DNA of 64,000 bases. Source: an uncultured Eubacteriales bacterium. GTDB lineage: Bacteria; Acidobacteriota; Aminicenantia; Aminicenantales; Aminicenantaceae. Within the stretch, counting starts at the first letter, position 1. Each line of letters begins with the position of its first letter. The position numbers and the translations under genes were made by a program. A model generated the notes under the pieces. It saw only the letters and a list, made by a program, of their open reading frames with translations. It was not told where the DNA came from and ran no database searches. The stretch lies in NCBI GenBank assembly GCA_964584935.1, contig CAZPBN010000012.1:17094-81093 (forward strand), given 5' to 3'. Shown piece by piece: positions 28,646-38,993 of the stretch.

Positions 28646-31321
28646 ATGAAAAAAAAACAGCTTTTTCTCATCGATTGCTCTTCTTTATTTTACCGCTCTT
28701 TTTATGCTATTAAGCACCTTTCCAATTCCCAGGGATTTCCCACTAATGCCATTTTTGGCTTTATCAATATGTTAAGAAAAATAAAAAAAAATGAACATCC
28801 GGATTATATGGGGCTTATCTTTGACGCCAAAGGCCCAACCGTTCGTCATAAAGAATTCAAAGACTATAAAGCTCAAAGAAAACCCATGCCTGAGGATTTG
28901 GTTGTTCAGGTCCCTGTTATTAAAAAAATAGCAAAGGCTATGAATCTTGCTTCCTTTGAATTCCAGGAATATGAGGCAGATGATGTGTTGGGAAGCCTTG
29001 CCAATAAAATTCAGGAAAAAGATCTCCATGTGGTGGTCGTCACCACGGATAAAGACCTTCTCCAGCTTGTCAATAAGACAACATCTATCTATCATCCTGT
29101 CAAGGAGGTCTATCTGGATGGAGACAAAGTCAAAGAAAACTTTGGCGTCCCCCCTTCCAAGGTTGTGGATGTGCTTGCTCTTTGGGGAGATGCTTCTGAT
29201 AACATTCCTGGAGTTCCGGGCATAGGAGAAAAAACATCCAAATCACTCATACAAGAATTTGGTTCCGTAAATAATCTCATCAATAACTTGCACAAGGTTA
29301 AAAACCTCCGTATCAAAGAAAAAATCGAACAGTCGCTTGACCAACTGAAACAGAGTTATCGACTGGTCGAAATAAGAAAAGACGTTGATATCCATTTCTC
29401 TCTTGAAGACTTCATGTTAGCTGAGCCTAACCTGAACGAATTAATCCCTCTTTTGCAGGAACTAGAATTTTCTTCACTTCTTTCAGAATACACCTCGCAA
29501 CAGGAAGAAGACAAACAAGACTATAAGACCATTCTGAATGAAGACGAGCTCAAAAAACTCATTGCCCGTATAAAAAAGGAAAAGCATGTCTCTATAGACA
29601 CAGAAACAGACAGCCCTTTTCCCACCCAGGCGCATTTAGTGGGAATCTCTTTTTCAACAAGCCCTCACCATGCCCACTATCTCCCTCTTTGCCATGATTA
29701 CCCGGGAGCTCCCCAACAGATTCCCAAGAAAAAAGCACTGGATCTCCTTAAAGAAATCCTCTCTGATCCTAAAATTAAAAAAACAGGCCACAATATCAAA
29801 TATGATGACATCGTGTTAAAGCGGGAGGGACAGGAAATTCAGGGAATTGATTCCGATACGATGCTCCTTTCCTATCTCCTTGAACCAACCTGGGGACAAC
29901 ATAACCTGGACAAACTTGCCTCCATATATCTCCATAGAAAGACCATTGCTTATGAAGATGTCACGGGAAAAGGAAAGAACCAAATCACAATCAATGCTGT
30001 GGATATAGAGAAAGTCACCCCCTACGCCTGTCAGGATGCAGATTTTGCCTATCAATTGAGTTCTCTTCTAAAGCCGAAAGTGCACAAAGCAGGGCTTGAA
30101 CCGCTTTACCGCGATATCGAACGGCCTTTAATAAAAGTCCTGGCATCTATGGAAATGGCTGGGGTGAAAATCGATAAAGACGTTCTAAAAAACATTTCTT
30201 TTGAATTAAAAGTGGAGCTCCAGCATCTCAAAAAAAAAATCTACCAGCACAGCGGAGTGGAATTCAACCTCAATTCCCCTCAGCAGTTAGGAGAAGTTCT
30301 GTTCAACAAATTGAAACTCCCAGCAACAAAAAAAACAAAGAAAACAAGACAATTTTCAACCGGCATGGATATTCTCAATGAACTTGCTCTTAGTTATCCT
30401 ATAGCCAAATATATACTAGAATACAGAAAGCTCGGAAAATTAAAATCAACCTATGCAGATTCTCTTCCCAAGTTAATCAATCCGGAAACAAACAGGATCC
30501 ACACCTCTTACAACCAAACCGTCACCGCCACGGGCAGGCTTTCCAGCAGCGATCCGAATCTTCAAAACATTCCTGTCAGAGGAAAACTGGGAGTGAGATT
30601 CAGGCAGGCCTTTATTCCTGAAAAAGGATGCTTCCTTCTTTCTGCTGATTATTCTCAGATAGAGTTGAGAGTACTTGCCCATCTTTCCAATGATCCTGCC
30701 CTCATCAAGACTTTTCTTGATGACCAAGATGTCCATAAGGAAACAGCCCAGAGAATCTTTGGAGACACTTTATTCCTCTCTGAAGAGGAACAAAGACGGA
30801 GAGCTAAAATCATCAACTTCAGTGTTATTTACGGAGCTTCTGCTTTTTCACTGGCAAGAGAGTTAGGCGTCTCCAATTCCGAGGCTCAAAAATTCATTGA
30901 TCTTTACTATGAAAAATACCCCCGGGTTAAAGAATATCTTGAAGGAAAAGTCAAGGAAGCCCAAGAGAAAGGATTTTCTGAGACCCTTTTTGGAAGGAGA
31001 CGACAAGTCCCTGAGCTCATACACAATAACAAACAAACCCATCAAGCAGGTAGGAGAATTGCCCTTAATGCTCCCATTCAAGGCACAGCCGCTGACCTCA
31101 TTAAAAAAGCGATGATCGATATCTGGGAGCACAACAGCCAGAAAAAACTTCAATCCAAAATGATCCTTCAAGTGCATGATGAACTTGTGTTTGAAGTCCC
31201 GGATAACGAGTTAGATCAACTGGAAGCCATTGTAAAGGAAGGAATGGAGAATGTTTTCCCCTTAAAAGTCCCTCTGAAAGTCAATATGAACTTTGGAATC
31301 AATTGGGCTGAAACCAAATAA
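28646..31321 (+). CDS. polA: DNA polymerase I (5'-3' exo, 3'-5' exo, polymerase domains)
   Basis: 891 aa; 5' nuclease N-terminus; Exo I VSIDTETDS; polymerase motifs A (LLSADYSQIELRVLAHLS) and C (LQVHDELVFE). Confidence 0.95.
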   Translation: MKKKQLFLIDCSSLFYRSFYAIKHLSNSQGFPTNAIFGFINMLRKIKKNEHPDYMGLIFDAKGPTVRHKEFKDYKAQRKPMPEDLVVQVPVIKKIAKAMNLASFEFQEYEADDVLGSLANKIQEKDLHVVVVTTDKDLLQLVNKTTSIYHPVKEVYLDGDKVKENFGVPPSKVVDVLALWGDASDNIPGVPGIGEKTSKSLIQEFGSVNNLINNLHKVKNLRIKEKIEQSLDQLKQSYRLVEIRKDVDIHFSLEDFMLAEPNLNELIPLLQELEFSSLLSEYTSQQEEDKQDYKTILNEDELKKLIARIKKEKHVSIDTETDSPFPTQAHLVGISFSTSPHHAHYLPLCHDYPGAPQQIPKKKALDLLKEILSDPKIKKTGHNIKYDDIVLKREGQEIQGIDSDTMLLSYLLEPTWGQHNLDKLASIYLHRKTIAYEDVTGKGKNQITINAVDIEKVTPYACQDADFAYQLSSLLKPKVHKAGLEPLYRDIERPLIKVLASMEMAGVKIDKDVLKNISFELKVELQHLKKKIYQHSGVEFNLNSPQQLGEVLFNKLKLPATKKTKKTRQFSTGMDILNELALSYPIAKYILEYRKLGKLKSTYADSLPKLINPETNRIHTSYNQTVTATGRLSSSDPNLQNIPVRGKLGVRFRQAFIPEKGCFLLSADYSQIELRVLAHLSNDPALIKTFLDDQDVHKETAQRIFGDTLFLSEEEQRRRAKIINFSVIYGASAFSLARELGVSNSEAQKFIDLYYEKYPRVKEYLEGKVKEAQEKGFSETLFGRRRQVPELIHNNKQTHQAGRRIALNAPIQGTAADLIKKAMIDIWEHNSQKKLQSKMILQVHDELVFEVPDNELDQLEAIVKEGMENVFPLKVPLKVNMNFGINWAETK

Positions 31322-31936
31322 GTGGGAACAAAGTCTCAGGTGATAAATTGTTTATTTTCACCTCTTCCTCACACTTTCTAGATTATCACCAACGATGCTG
31401 TAGGAAACAAACACCTTCTGTCAATGCGCATAAGAATTATTCCAGCTCCCTGATTGAATATGAAGAAAAGCTGCAATTGTGCTATAATAATGGGATTCCG
31501 AATATAAACTGTCCGTCAGGAGAGGCGGGCAGCCTATTTCATCGAACGGAAGGATTTTAGGATAGTCTAATGAAAACCGAAGACAAATACAAACGCAAAT
31601 CATTCTGGAAAAAGAAGAAGGACAACGAAGCACCTTCGCCCTCCAGGAGAGGCAAGGGCAGCAAAAAAAAATACAAGCCCAAGCTAAATATTCCCTCAAA
31701 AAAAAATTGAGAGGGTCAAATCTTTCTAAAAGACAAAACAGTCATTATCTTAGCCATGAAACTGTCATTAATAGAGCTCTGACTCCTTCTCTTTTCTTCA
31801 AATTATAATGAAATTAAATAAAATTGAATGTGTTTTTTATAATCCAAACAAAGGTATAATAATATATATCAGGAAAGAAAGAAAAAAATGGATATCCACA
31901 TCATAAAAGCGGGTATCAGCATCTGGATTGAATTAT

Positions 31937-33619
31937 TTATCGAACACAGGCTTTTTCCTTTAGCTCGGCAATCTTTCTAGAAATCAGTCTTTTTATTTCC
32001 TTTGCCTCGATAAATCCGATCACTCTATCATCATCAGACACAACCGGCATACATTCCAGACGGTTTTTCTCTAAAGAATCTTTCACCTCTGTCATAGGGC
32101 TATTTGGTTTTGCCACTTCGATAACAGGGTCCATCAAATCGTATGCCAATAAAAACTCATTCAGTCCTGTCAACATAAAGGTGTTTTTAATGTTATCAAC
32201 AGATATGATTCCCTTTATCTGTTTTTCTTCATTAACCACCGGGAAAGACAAATTAGGATTGTTACAGAACATTTCCAGAATCTTTGATAAGGACATATGT
32301 TGATACACAAGAGGAGGATTTTTTTCCATAATATCTTCTGCCTTACTCCTTCGAATCAAATCTTCCTCTGTGATGTTCAATCCGGCTTCCCCTGCTTTGG
32401 TGACTGCCATCTTAACAAAGTAAGGCCCTGCCATTTCAAGAATGAACACTGTGGATACAATGATGATAACCACAGCATTGCTGATCATCCCCTGAAAATT
32501 GTGGCTCACCAGAATGGACAACCCAATAGCCACGCCTGCCTGGCTGAAAAGACACAAGGGCAGATACTTTTGAACGGTTTTTGAAGCATTGGAAAGGCGC
32601 GCTCCGAAATTGGCGCCGGATATTTTCCCTGCAGTCCTTCCAATCAAATAGGCAGTTCCCAGCAAAATCATGGAAAGGCTCATATAACTCAAATTGAGCT
32701 TCGCCCCAACAAGCACAAAAAAAAGCACATATATGGGCGGAGTGAAGCCTCCGATCAATTTGAACATATCTTTGCTCTTTCGAGGGCAGGAATTAACCAC
32801 GGTCACTCCTAATGCCATGGCTGCTAACAAAATGTCCACATTGATCAATAACGAAACCCCCAAAACAAGCATGACTGTTCCAATTGAAAAGGCAAGGATC
32901 CTGTCCTCCTCGCTGTATTTTCTCAGAAGTTTGCTGAGAATAAGTCCTGATATGACCCCTATCATTATCGATCCTAAGATCTCATACACAGGAAAAAAAA
33001 TAGAATAAATGAGCCCGTTGCTCACATTCCCTACCATCGCTCCTGCTATTCCTGAAGCAATGGCAAAAAGCAAAAGAGCCAATCCATCATCCATGGCAAC
33101 AATTCCCAGAACGGTGGTGGTTAAAGGCCCTTTGCTTCTGTATTCCCACAGGACACTTGTTGTCGCTGCCGGAGCTGTGGCTGAGGCAATAGCCCCGAGT
33201 AGAAGCCCCAGCGCTAAAGCGATATTTGCCTCCATAAAAAAACTGCCCACAATTCCCACAAGCACAAAAACCAAAACAAAGGCGCTGATTCCTTCACAGA
33301 GAAGAACAGTTATGATTTGTCTCCCGTACTTTCTAAATGTTTCTTTTTTCAGTTCCCCCCCGATCATAAAACCAATGAGCCCCAGGGCAAAATAATTGAA
33401 CGGTTGGAACATTTCGATTGTCTGTTCGCCCACAATTCCAATTCCTGTTTGCCCAATTAAAATTCCCACAGTGATATAGCCCACCACCTGAGGTGTTTTT
33501 AATTTTTGAAACAGCCTGCCGCCAATCGTTCCCCCAAACAAAGCCAGTCCAAGGAGAATCAAAATATTCAGATGAATGTGGGACAATTGGGATATAAGGT
33601 CAGATATTTGATCGAACAA
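31937..33619 (-). CDS. Cation:proton antiporter (CPA family) with C-terminal tandem CBS domains
   Basis: 10-12 TM helices followed by two CBS modules (SKILEMF...FPVVNEEKQIKGIISVDNI; PVVSDDDRVIGFIEAKEI). Confidence 0.75.
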   Translation of the reverse strand: MFDQISDLISQLSHIHLNILILLGLALFGGTIGGRLFQKLKTPQVVGYITVGILIGQTGIGIVGEQTIEMFQPFNYFALGLIGFMIGGELKKETFRKYGRQIITVLLCEGISAFVLVFVLVGIVGSFFMEANIALALGLLLGAIASATAPAATTSVLWEYRSKGPLTTTVLGIVAMDDGLALLLFAIASGIAGAMVGNVSNGLIYSIFFPVYEILGSIMIGVISGLILSKLLRKYSEEDRILAFSIGTVMLVLGVSLLINVDILLAAMALGVTVVNSCPRKSKDMFKLIGGFTPPIYVLFFVLVGAKLNLSYMSLSMILLGTAYLIGRTAGKISGANFGARLSNASKTVQKYLPLCLFSQAGVAIGLSILVSHNFQGMISNAVVIIIVSTVFILEMAGPYFVKMAVTKAGEAGLNITEEDLIRRSKAEDIMEKNPPLVYQHMSLSKILEMFCNNPNLSFPVVNEEKQIKGIISVDNIKNTFMLTGLNEFLLAYDLMDPVIEVAKPNSPMTEVKDSLEKNRLECMPVVSDDDRVIGFIEAKEIKRLISRKIAELKEKACVR

Positions 33620-33942
33620 TTTTACAGTCCTGGAAATCTTGAATCATGCTTGATATAAGATTTTACAGCTTCAGGCCGGATTTAATCTCAGTTTTAAATT
33701 TTATTACATACCATAGATGAAGTCAATTCTGTATTTCTGCTGAATTCTCCCTTTTTTCTTCATAGGAGGATAACGGTAGACAGTCTCAAGTTAAGGAATT
33801 CAAAAACAAGCCGCATTTCAGGACTCATGCCTCTCCGAGGAATCGTGTCCCCTCGTTTTTCAAACGATTTTCTATCCCAAATAATCCTATTTGCAAATTC
33901 ATTTGGACTGTGTTAAGGCTTATTATTAATGACTAAGGAGGA

Positions 33943-34911
33943 TTGGATATGATTAAGGAAATCACAGCCAAAGAGCTCAATCCAGAACGTTTCATCAAAG
34001 AACAGGTGGAACAAATAAAGACCGCCGTGGGGGAAGGACAGGCAATCAATGCCTTATCCGGCGGTGTGGATTCATCCACAGTCACTATCCTGGGACATAA
34101 GGCTTTGGGAGATCGTCTCAAAACCGTTTTTGTTGACAACGGTCTCATGCGGGAAGGGGAATCCCAGAGAGTGGTTGATACTTTTAAGAAACTGGGAATT
34201 GTTGTGGATGTTGTGGACGCCCGCCAGGAATTTTTTGATGCCCTTAAAGGGATAACCGATCCTGAAGAAAAACGGGAAGCCATCACCCAGACCTTTTATA
34301 AAAAGGTCTTTGGGCGGCTGGTGAAAGAAAGCGGAGCTCAGTTTGTGCTTCAAGGAACCATTCTCACTGATGTTGACGAAACCACCGCCGGAATCAAGAG
34401 GCAGCACAATGTGTTCGAACAGATGGGCATTGATCCGCAGGAAAGCTTTGGTTATCAAATAATAGAACCCCTAATCCAGCTTCGGAAAGACGGTGTCAGA
34501 AAAGTAGGGGAAGCCCTTGGCCTGCCTGAAGAGCTTTTTGACAGGATTCCATTTCCCGGCCCAGCGCTATCAGCAAGGGTGATCGGGGAGGCAAGCCCGA
34601 AACGGATCGAGACCGTGCGCAAAGCCACAAGAGTGGTGGAACAAATCCTCAAAGACAGCGGGGCTTTCCAATATATGGCTATCCTTCACAATGATCGGGT
34701 TACAGGTATACGAGAAGGAAAAAGGGATTTTGGTCATCAGATTGAAGTGCGCTGCTGGAACAGCACAGATGCTAGAACAGCCACTCCCTCTCACCTTCCA
34801 TTTGACATCCTTGAAAATCTAGCAGCTAAAATTATCCAGGAGGTGCCCGGTATTGTCAGTGTGACCTACAATATTGCCTCCAAACCTCCCTCAACCCTTG
34901 AGGCAGTTTGA
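33943..34911 (+). CDS. guaA: GMP synthase ATP-pyrophosphatase subunit (split, archaeal-type GuaA subunit B)
   Basis: PP-loop ALSGGVDSS; C-terminal dimerisation signature IEPLIQLRKDGVRKVGEALGLPEELFDRIPFPGPALSARVIGE; 322 aa with no GATase domain. Confidence 0.75.
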   Translation: MDMIKEITAKELNPERFIKEQVEQIKTAVGEGQAINALSGGVDSSTVTILGHKALGDRLKTVFVDNGLMREGESQRVVDTFKKLGIVVDVVDARQEFFDALKGITDPEEKREAITQTFYKKVFGRLVKESGAQFVLQGTILTDVDETTAGIKRQHNVFEQMGIDPQESFGYQIIEPLIQLRKDGVRKVGEALGLPEELFDRIPFPGPALSARVIGEASPKRIETVRKATRVVEQILKDSGAFQYMAILHNDRVTGIREGKRDFGHQIEVRCWNSTDARTATPSHLPFDILENLAAKIIQEVPGIVSVTYNIASKPPSTLEAV

Positions 34912-35045
34912 TCTTTAAAGCGAGAGAATAATGGCGGCTTTCTCTTTCCAGGCAAAAATTATTTTTGACTGAATCTGTTTTTCCTTATATGATTGTTTAT
35001 AAAGAAGATAGTGGGTGAAAATGGAGCCCAGTTATCAAAAAATGA

Positions 35046-35816
35046 ATGAAAAGGTTCCTTTCAAACAAAATCATATCCTGTAAAATGCGCATCTGTTTCA
35101 GTCAACCGGCATTTATCCCCTGGTGCGGATTCTTCAGCCGCTTAATGCATTCCGATCAAATGGTTCTTCTTGATGACACTCTGCTTTCAACCGGATTTAC
35201 CTATGTGAACCGGAATCGTATCAAGGGCCCTGAAGGGGAGGTTTGGATCTCAGTGCCGGTTAAAAAAAAGGGGAAAGGACGTCAGAAGATCAAAGACCTG
35301 GAACTCTATCATAAAGATCAATGGGCGAAGGATTTCCTTCTCACTCTCTGGCATTTTTATGTCAAATCCATATACTTCCAGCCTGTCTATAAAAAAATAA
35401 AATATTCTTTGGGCACCCGGGACAGGAGTTTTTTGCATCTGATCCTCAACCTCCTCAAAGTCATAAAAAGCGAATTTTCCATCAGCCCCAACTTCACTCT
35501 TCAATCAGATCTTGGCATTAAAGGGAAAGGAATCGATCTTCTCTTATCCATCACCAAAGAACTGAATGCCTCCCAAGTGATTCTGCCTTATTTTTCCAGA
35601 AAAGCCATTGACTGGAACCAATTTGCCAGAGAAAACATTGAAGTTTTTTTTCTGCGCTACGCCCCTCCTCAATATCCTCAATTCTGGGGGAAATTCATCC
35701 GGAGACTTTCGGCTCTGGATCTTCTGCTGTGCATGGGAAAGGAAGGGAGAAAAATTTTAGATAGAGGCTCTCATTTTTATGATTCTGAAAAAAACAACTG
35801 TGATTATAAAATTTAA
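35046..35816 (+). CDS. WbqC-like family protein
   Basis: QPAFIPWCGFFSRL...VLLDDTLLSTGFTYVNRNRIKGPEGEVWISVPVKKKGKG parallels the WbqC N-terminal signature QPYFFPYIGYFQL...NRNRI...WLTVPV. The real start is probably the internal MRICFSQ (about 35085). Confidence 0.6.
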   Translation: MKRFLSNKIISCKMRICFSQPAFIPWCGFFSRLMHSDQMVLLDDTLLSTGFTYVNRNRIKGPEGEVWISVPVKKKGKGRQKIKDLELYHKDQWAKDFLLTLWHFYVKSIYFQPVYKKIKYSLGTRDRSFLHLILNLLKVIKSEFSISPNFTLQSDLGIKGKGIDLLLSITKELNASQVILPYFSRKAIDWNQFARENIEVFFLRYAPPQYPQFWGKFIRRLSALDLLLCMGKEGRKILDRGSHFYDSEKNNCDYKI

Positions 35817-35841
35817 ATCTTTCTGAAAGGAGGAAACACAA

Positions 35842-36309
35842 ATGAAACTTTACCTCGTCCGTCACGCTCAGGCTAAATCAAAGCAAGAGGACCCGGAACG
35901 CTCCCTGTCGGAACAAGGACTGTCTGAAATAAACAAAGTGGCTTCTTTTCTTTCCAGTCAATCAATGATCCAGGTCTCACATGTTTTCCACAGCGGAAAA
36001 AACAGAGCCCGCCAGACTGCAGAAGTTCTGTCTGAGCATTTGAATATCACTGACAACATCAAAAAAGACTCCAGCCTTGAACCTCTGGAAAATCCAGGCA
36101 TGTGGGCGAATCGTCTTGTTGATGAAAAAGAAAACATCATGCTGGTCGGCCATTTGCCTCACTTGAATAAACTGTGCGCCCTTTTGCTTTCCGGCGATGA
36201 AGAACATAAAATCGTTGACCTTCCTGGAGCCGGAATTATCTGTCTTCAAAGAGATGATTCAAACTCATGGATAATCCATTGGATGGTGACTCCAGAAATA
36301 GTACCTTAA
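35842..36309 (+). CDS. sixA: Phosphohistidine phosphatase SixA (histidine phosphatase superfamily)
   Basis: MKLYLVRHAQA...RSLSEQG N-terminus (RHG-type catalytic motif), 155 aa. Confidence 0.7.
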   Translation: MKLYLVRHAQAKSKQEDPERSLSEQGLSEINKVASFLSSQSMIQVSHVFHSGKNRARQTAEVLSEHLNITDNIKKDSSLEPLENPGMWANRLVDEKENIMLVGHLPHLNKLCALLLSGDEEHKIVDLPGAGIICLQRDDSNSWIIHWMVTPEIVP

Positions 36310-36339
36310 ATAAAATTGTGATTTTAAGAAGCCCCAGGT

Positions 36340-37464
36340 TCAAAGCTTCTTCTTGTAAACCCGGAACTTTTTATATACCTCGCCCCCCATTTTCTCCATG
36401 GTCGAACGCACTTTGACATTGGATTCCAATTCATGATGGGTGTCCATGAATTCAAATCCTGCTTTTTTGGCTGACATAAGCATATTCACTCCCATCAACG
36501 CATCAAGACCTTTTCCTTGATATTTTTCCTTAATCCCGCCCAGGAGCAAATCAAGCTGCTTTGTTTTTTTCGCCGCACGCAATATTTTTATAAAGCCAAA
36601 GGGAAAAAGCTTTCCCCCTGCTTCCTGAATTCCTTTTGTCATATCAGGAATGCCCACTATAAACGCAATCAATTCGTCTCCCTTTCTTACGGCTTTAACA
36701 AATCTCGGATCAATAATGGGCAAATAGCGCTTCGCCAGATCTTCCATCTCTTTTTCTTTAAGAGGTGTGTATCCGTATATATTACTGGATGTGTAACATT
36801 CATTCATGAGCTGTAAAATCGGTTTGATCCAGGGCTTCAATTCTTTTCTTTTTTGAAATTGAATAAGCTTATACTTTCCTTTATTCTCAGCCCTGTCATG
36901 AATTTTTTTAAAAAAATCAGGAATTTTTTCGGGTATATCTATTTTGTAAACATAATAATCCACATCTTTTTTATATCCTTGTTTTTCCACCATATGGGGC
37001 ATCCATGGATAATTATGGTTTGTGGCTATGGTTGCCCTGTGCTCAAACCCCTCAATTAAAAATCCTTCTGGATCCTGATCTGTAAATCCATACGGCCCAA
37101 TGATTCCTGTCATTCCCCTTTCTTTTCCCCATTGTTCAATGTAATCCAACAGCGCTTTAATAACTTCTTCTTCTTTTTCAGTTTCCAGGTATGAAAAACG
37201 GACGGTCTTGACTCCCTTGGCTTTATTGTACCTATGGTTGATGATACCCATTATCCTGCCTATAACTGTATCCTCTCTCCAGGCAAGAAGGAGAATCGTA
37301 TCACAATAAGAAAAATGATCATTTTTCTTGGGATTGAAATAATTTTTCTCATCCGAATAAATCGGAGGAACCCAAGTGGGATGATTGTCATGAAGTTTTT
37401 CAGGAAGAAAGATAAACTTTTTCAAATCTCTCTTTGTCTTAACTTCCTTTATAACAAAATCCAT
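36340..37464 (-). CDS. GNAT-fold acyltransferase-like protein, function unknown
   Basis: 374 aa, no TM. Two acyltransferase-like halves; weak resemblance only. Confidence 0.35.
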   Translation of the reverse strand: MDFVIKEVKTKRDLKKFIFLPEKLHDNHPTWVPPIYSDEKNYFNPKKNDHFSYCDTILLLAWREDTVIGRIMGIINHRYNKAKGVKTVRFSYLETEKEEEVIKALLDYIEQWGKERGMTGIIGPYGFTDQDPEGFLIEGFEHRATIATNHNYPWMPHMVEKQGYKKDVDYYVYKIDIPEKIPDFFKKIHDRAENKGKYKLIQFQKRKELKPWIKPILQLMNECYTSSNIYGYTPLKEKEMEDLAKRYLPIIDPRFVKAVRKGDELIAFIVGIPDMTKGIQEAGGKLFPFGFIKILRAAKKTKQLDLLLGGIKEKYQGKGLDALMGVNMLMSAKKAGFEFMDTHHELESNVKVRSTMEKMGGEVYKKFRVYKKKL

Positions 37465-37670
37465 TTTACTTTTATCCCCTCATTAATTGAATCAAGGGCT
37501 CTGTTCAATTTATCCTATATAATCATTAAAAAATCAAACAAAAATTTAGATTTTATAAAGATTTATCTCCAATTATTGGATTCTTTTCTCATTAGTATAA
37601 GATTTTTGTTGACAATTCCACATTTGAATTATTAAACTTTAATCTCTTTTTTAATCAACACTCGATAAAA

Positions 37671-38993
37671 ATGAAATTAAAAACTTTTACCCACGGCATT
37701 CATCCTCCTGAACACAAGCAGAGAACAGAAGAAAAAAAAATAGTTCCCTTCACATCTCCAGAGAAGGTGGTCATTCCTCTGAACCAGCACTTCGGGAAAC
37801 CGGCTGAACCAATTGTCAATAAAGGGGATGAAGTCCTTCTCGGCCAGAGAATTGGAGAAAGCACAGCTTTTTGCTCAGCCCACATACACTCCAGCGTTTC
37901 AGGAAAAGTCTTATCAGTCGATACTTATTATCATCCTGTCTGCGATTCTTCCCTTGCTGTCACCATAAAAAACGACGGAGAAGATCGCTTATCTCCTGAA
38001 CGGAAAGGATACAAAGATCCCTTTTCTTTGCCCCCTGAAAAAATCCAAAACGCTATCAAGGAAGCTGGGATCGTAGGCCTGGGAGGAGCGGCTTTCCCCA
38101 CAGCTATCAAACTGGCTCCTCCAAAAGACAAGCCCGTTGATACCCTCATCATCAACGGTTGTGAATGCGAGCCCGTGCTCACTTCTGACTATAGACTGAT
38201 GCTGGAGCATCCAGACGATATCCTTAAAGGGGCAGAGCTCGCCCGAATAGCCTCTGGCGCCAAACGGATCATTGTCGGTATTGAAGACAACAAGAAAAAA
38301 GCCTATGACCATTTAAAGGAAAAAGCCAAAACAATTCCGGCAGAGATCGCTCTCCTCAAAACAAAATATCCCCAGGGAGCAGAAAAGAATTTAATCCATG
38401 CTCTTCTTAAAAAAGAAGTTCCACGCGGAGGGCTTCCTTTTGATGTTGGAGTGGTTGTCCAAAATGTGGGAACAGCCAAATCCATTTGGGATGCCCTGAG
38501 TGAGGGGAAACCTCTCTATGAAAGAGTAATAACTGTTTCTGGAAATGGGATAAACAATCCGAAAAATATTCTGATCCGGCTAGGAACTCCTTTTCAGGAT
38601 GCCATCGATTTCTGTGAAGGAATAACCGAAGATGCCAACATTATTGTCATGGGTGGCCCTATGATGGGAATTGCCCAATGGACTCTCGAAGCACCTGTCA
38701 TCAAAGGCACCTCTGGGATTTTGGTTTGGGAAGCTGAACCTTCCAAGCAAGAATATTCTTGTATAAAATGTGGCCGTTGTGTTGAACACTGTCCTATGAG
38801 ATTGTCTCCGACCCAGCTGGCAAAATATGCCCAATTTGACAAATTAGCAGAGGCAGAAGCCTGGGGTATTCTGGACTGTGTCGAGTGTGGATGCTGTCAG
38901 TATTCCTGTCCTTCAAAAATTCCTCTTGTCCACTGGATACGCCTGGGCAAAAACAAAGTCGCCTGTTTAAAAAGGAAGAATAACGCCCGATGA
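37671..38993 (+). CDS. rnfC: Rnf complex subunit C (NADH-binding, 2x[4Fe-4S])
   Basis: RnfC N-terminal barrel sandwich, GxGGAxFP-like GLGGAAFPT, two ferredoxin motifs CIKCGRCVEHCP and CVECGCCQYSCP. Confidence 0.9.
   Translation: MKLKTFTHGIHPPEHKQRTEEKKIVPFTSPEKVVIPLNQHFGKPAEPIVNKGDEVLLGQRIGESTAFCSAHIHSSVSGKVLSVDTYYHPVCDSSLAVTIKNDGEDRLSPERKGYKDPFSLPPEKIQNAIKEAGIVGLGGAAFPTAIKLAPPKDKPVDTLIINGCECEPVLTSDYRLMLEHPDDILKGAELARIASGAKRIIVGIEDNKKKAYDHLKEKAKTIPAEIALLKTKYPQGAEKNLIHALLKKEVPRGGLPFDVGVVVQNVGTAKSIWDALSEGKPLYERVITVSGNGINNPKNILIRLGTPFQDAIDFCEGITEDANIIVMGGPMMGIAQWTLEAPVIKGTSGILVWEAEPSKQEYSCIKCGRCVEHCPMRLSPTQLAKYAQFDKLAEAEAWGILDCVECGCCQYSCPSKIPLVHWIRLGKNKVACLKRKNNAR

Noticed and set aside
36340-36375. 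Hairpin AAGAAGC...GCTTCTT between convergent sixA and the GNAT-like gene as a terminator
   Set aside because: 3' arm lies inside the GNAT-like coding sequence and there is no T-tract. Weak evidence.
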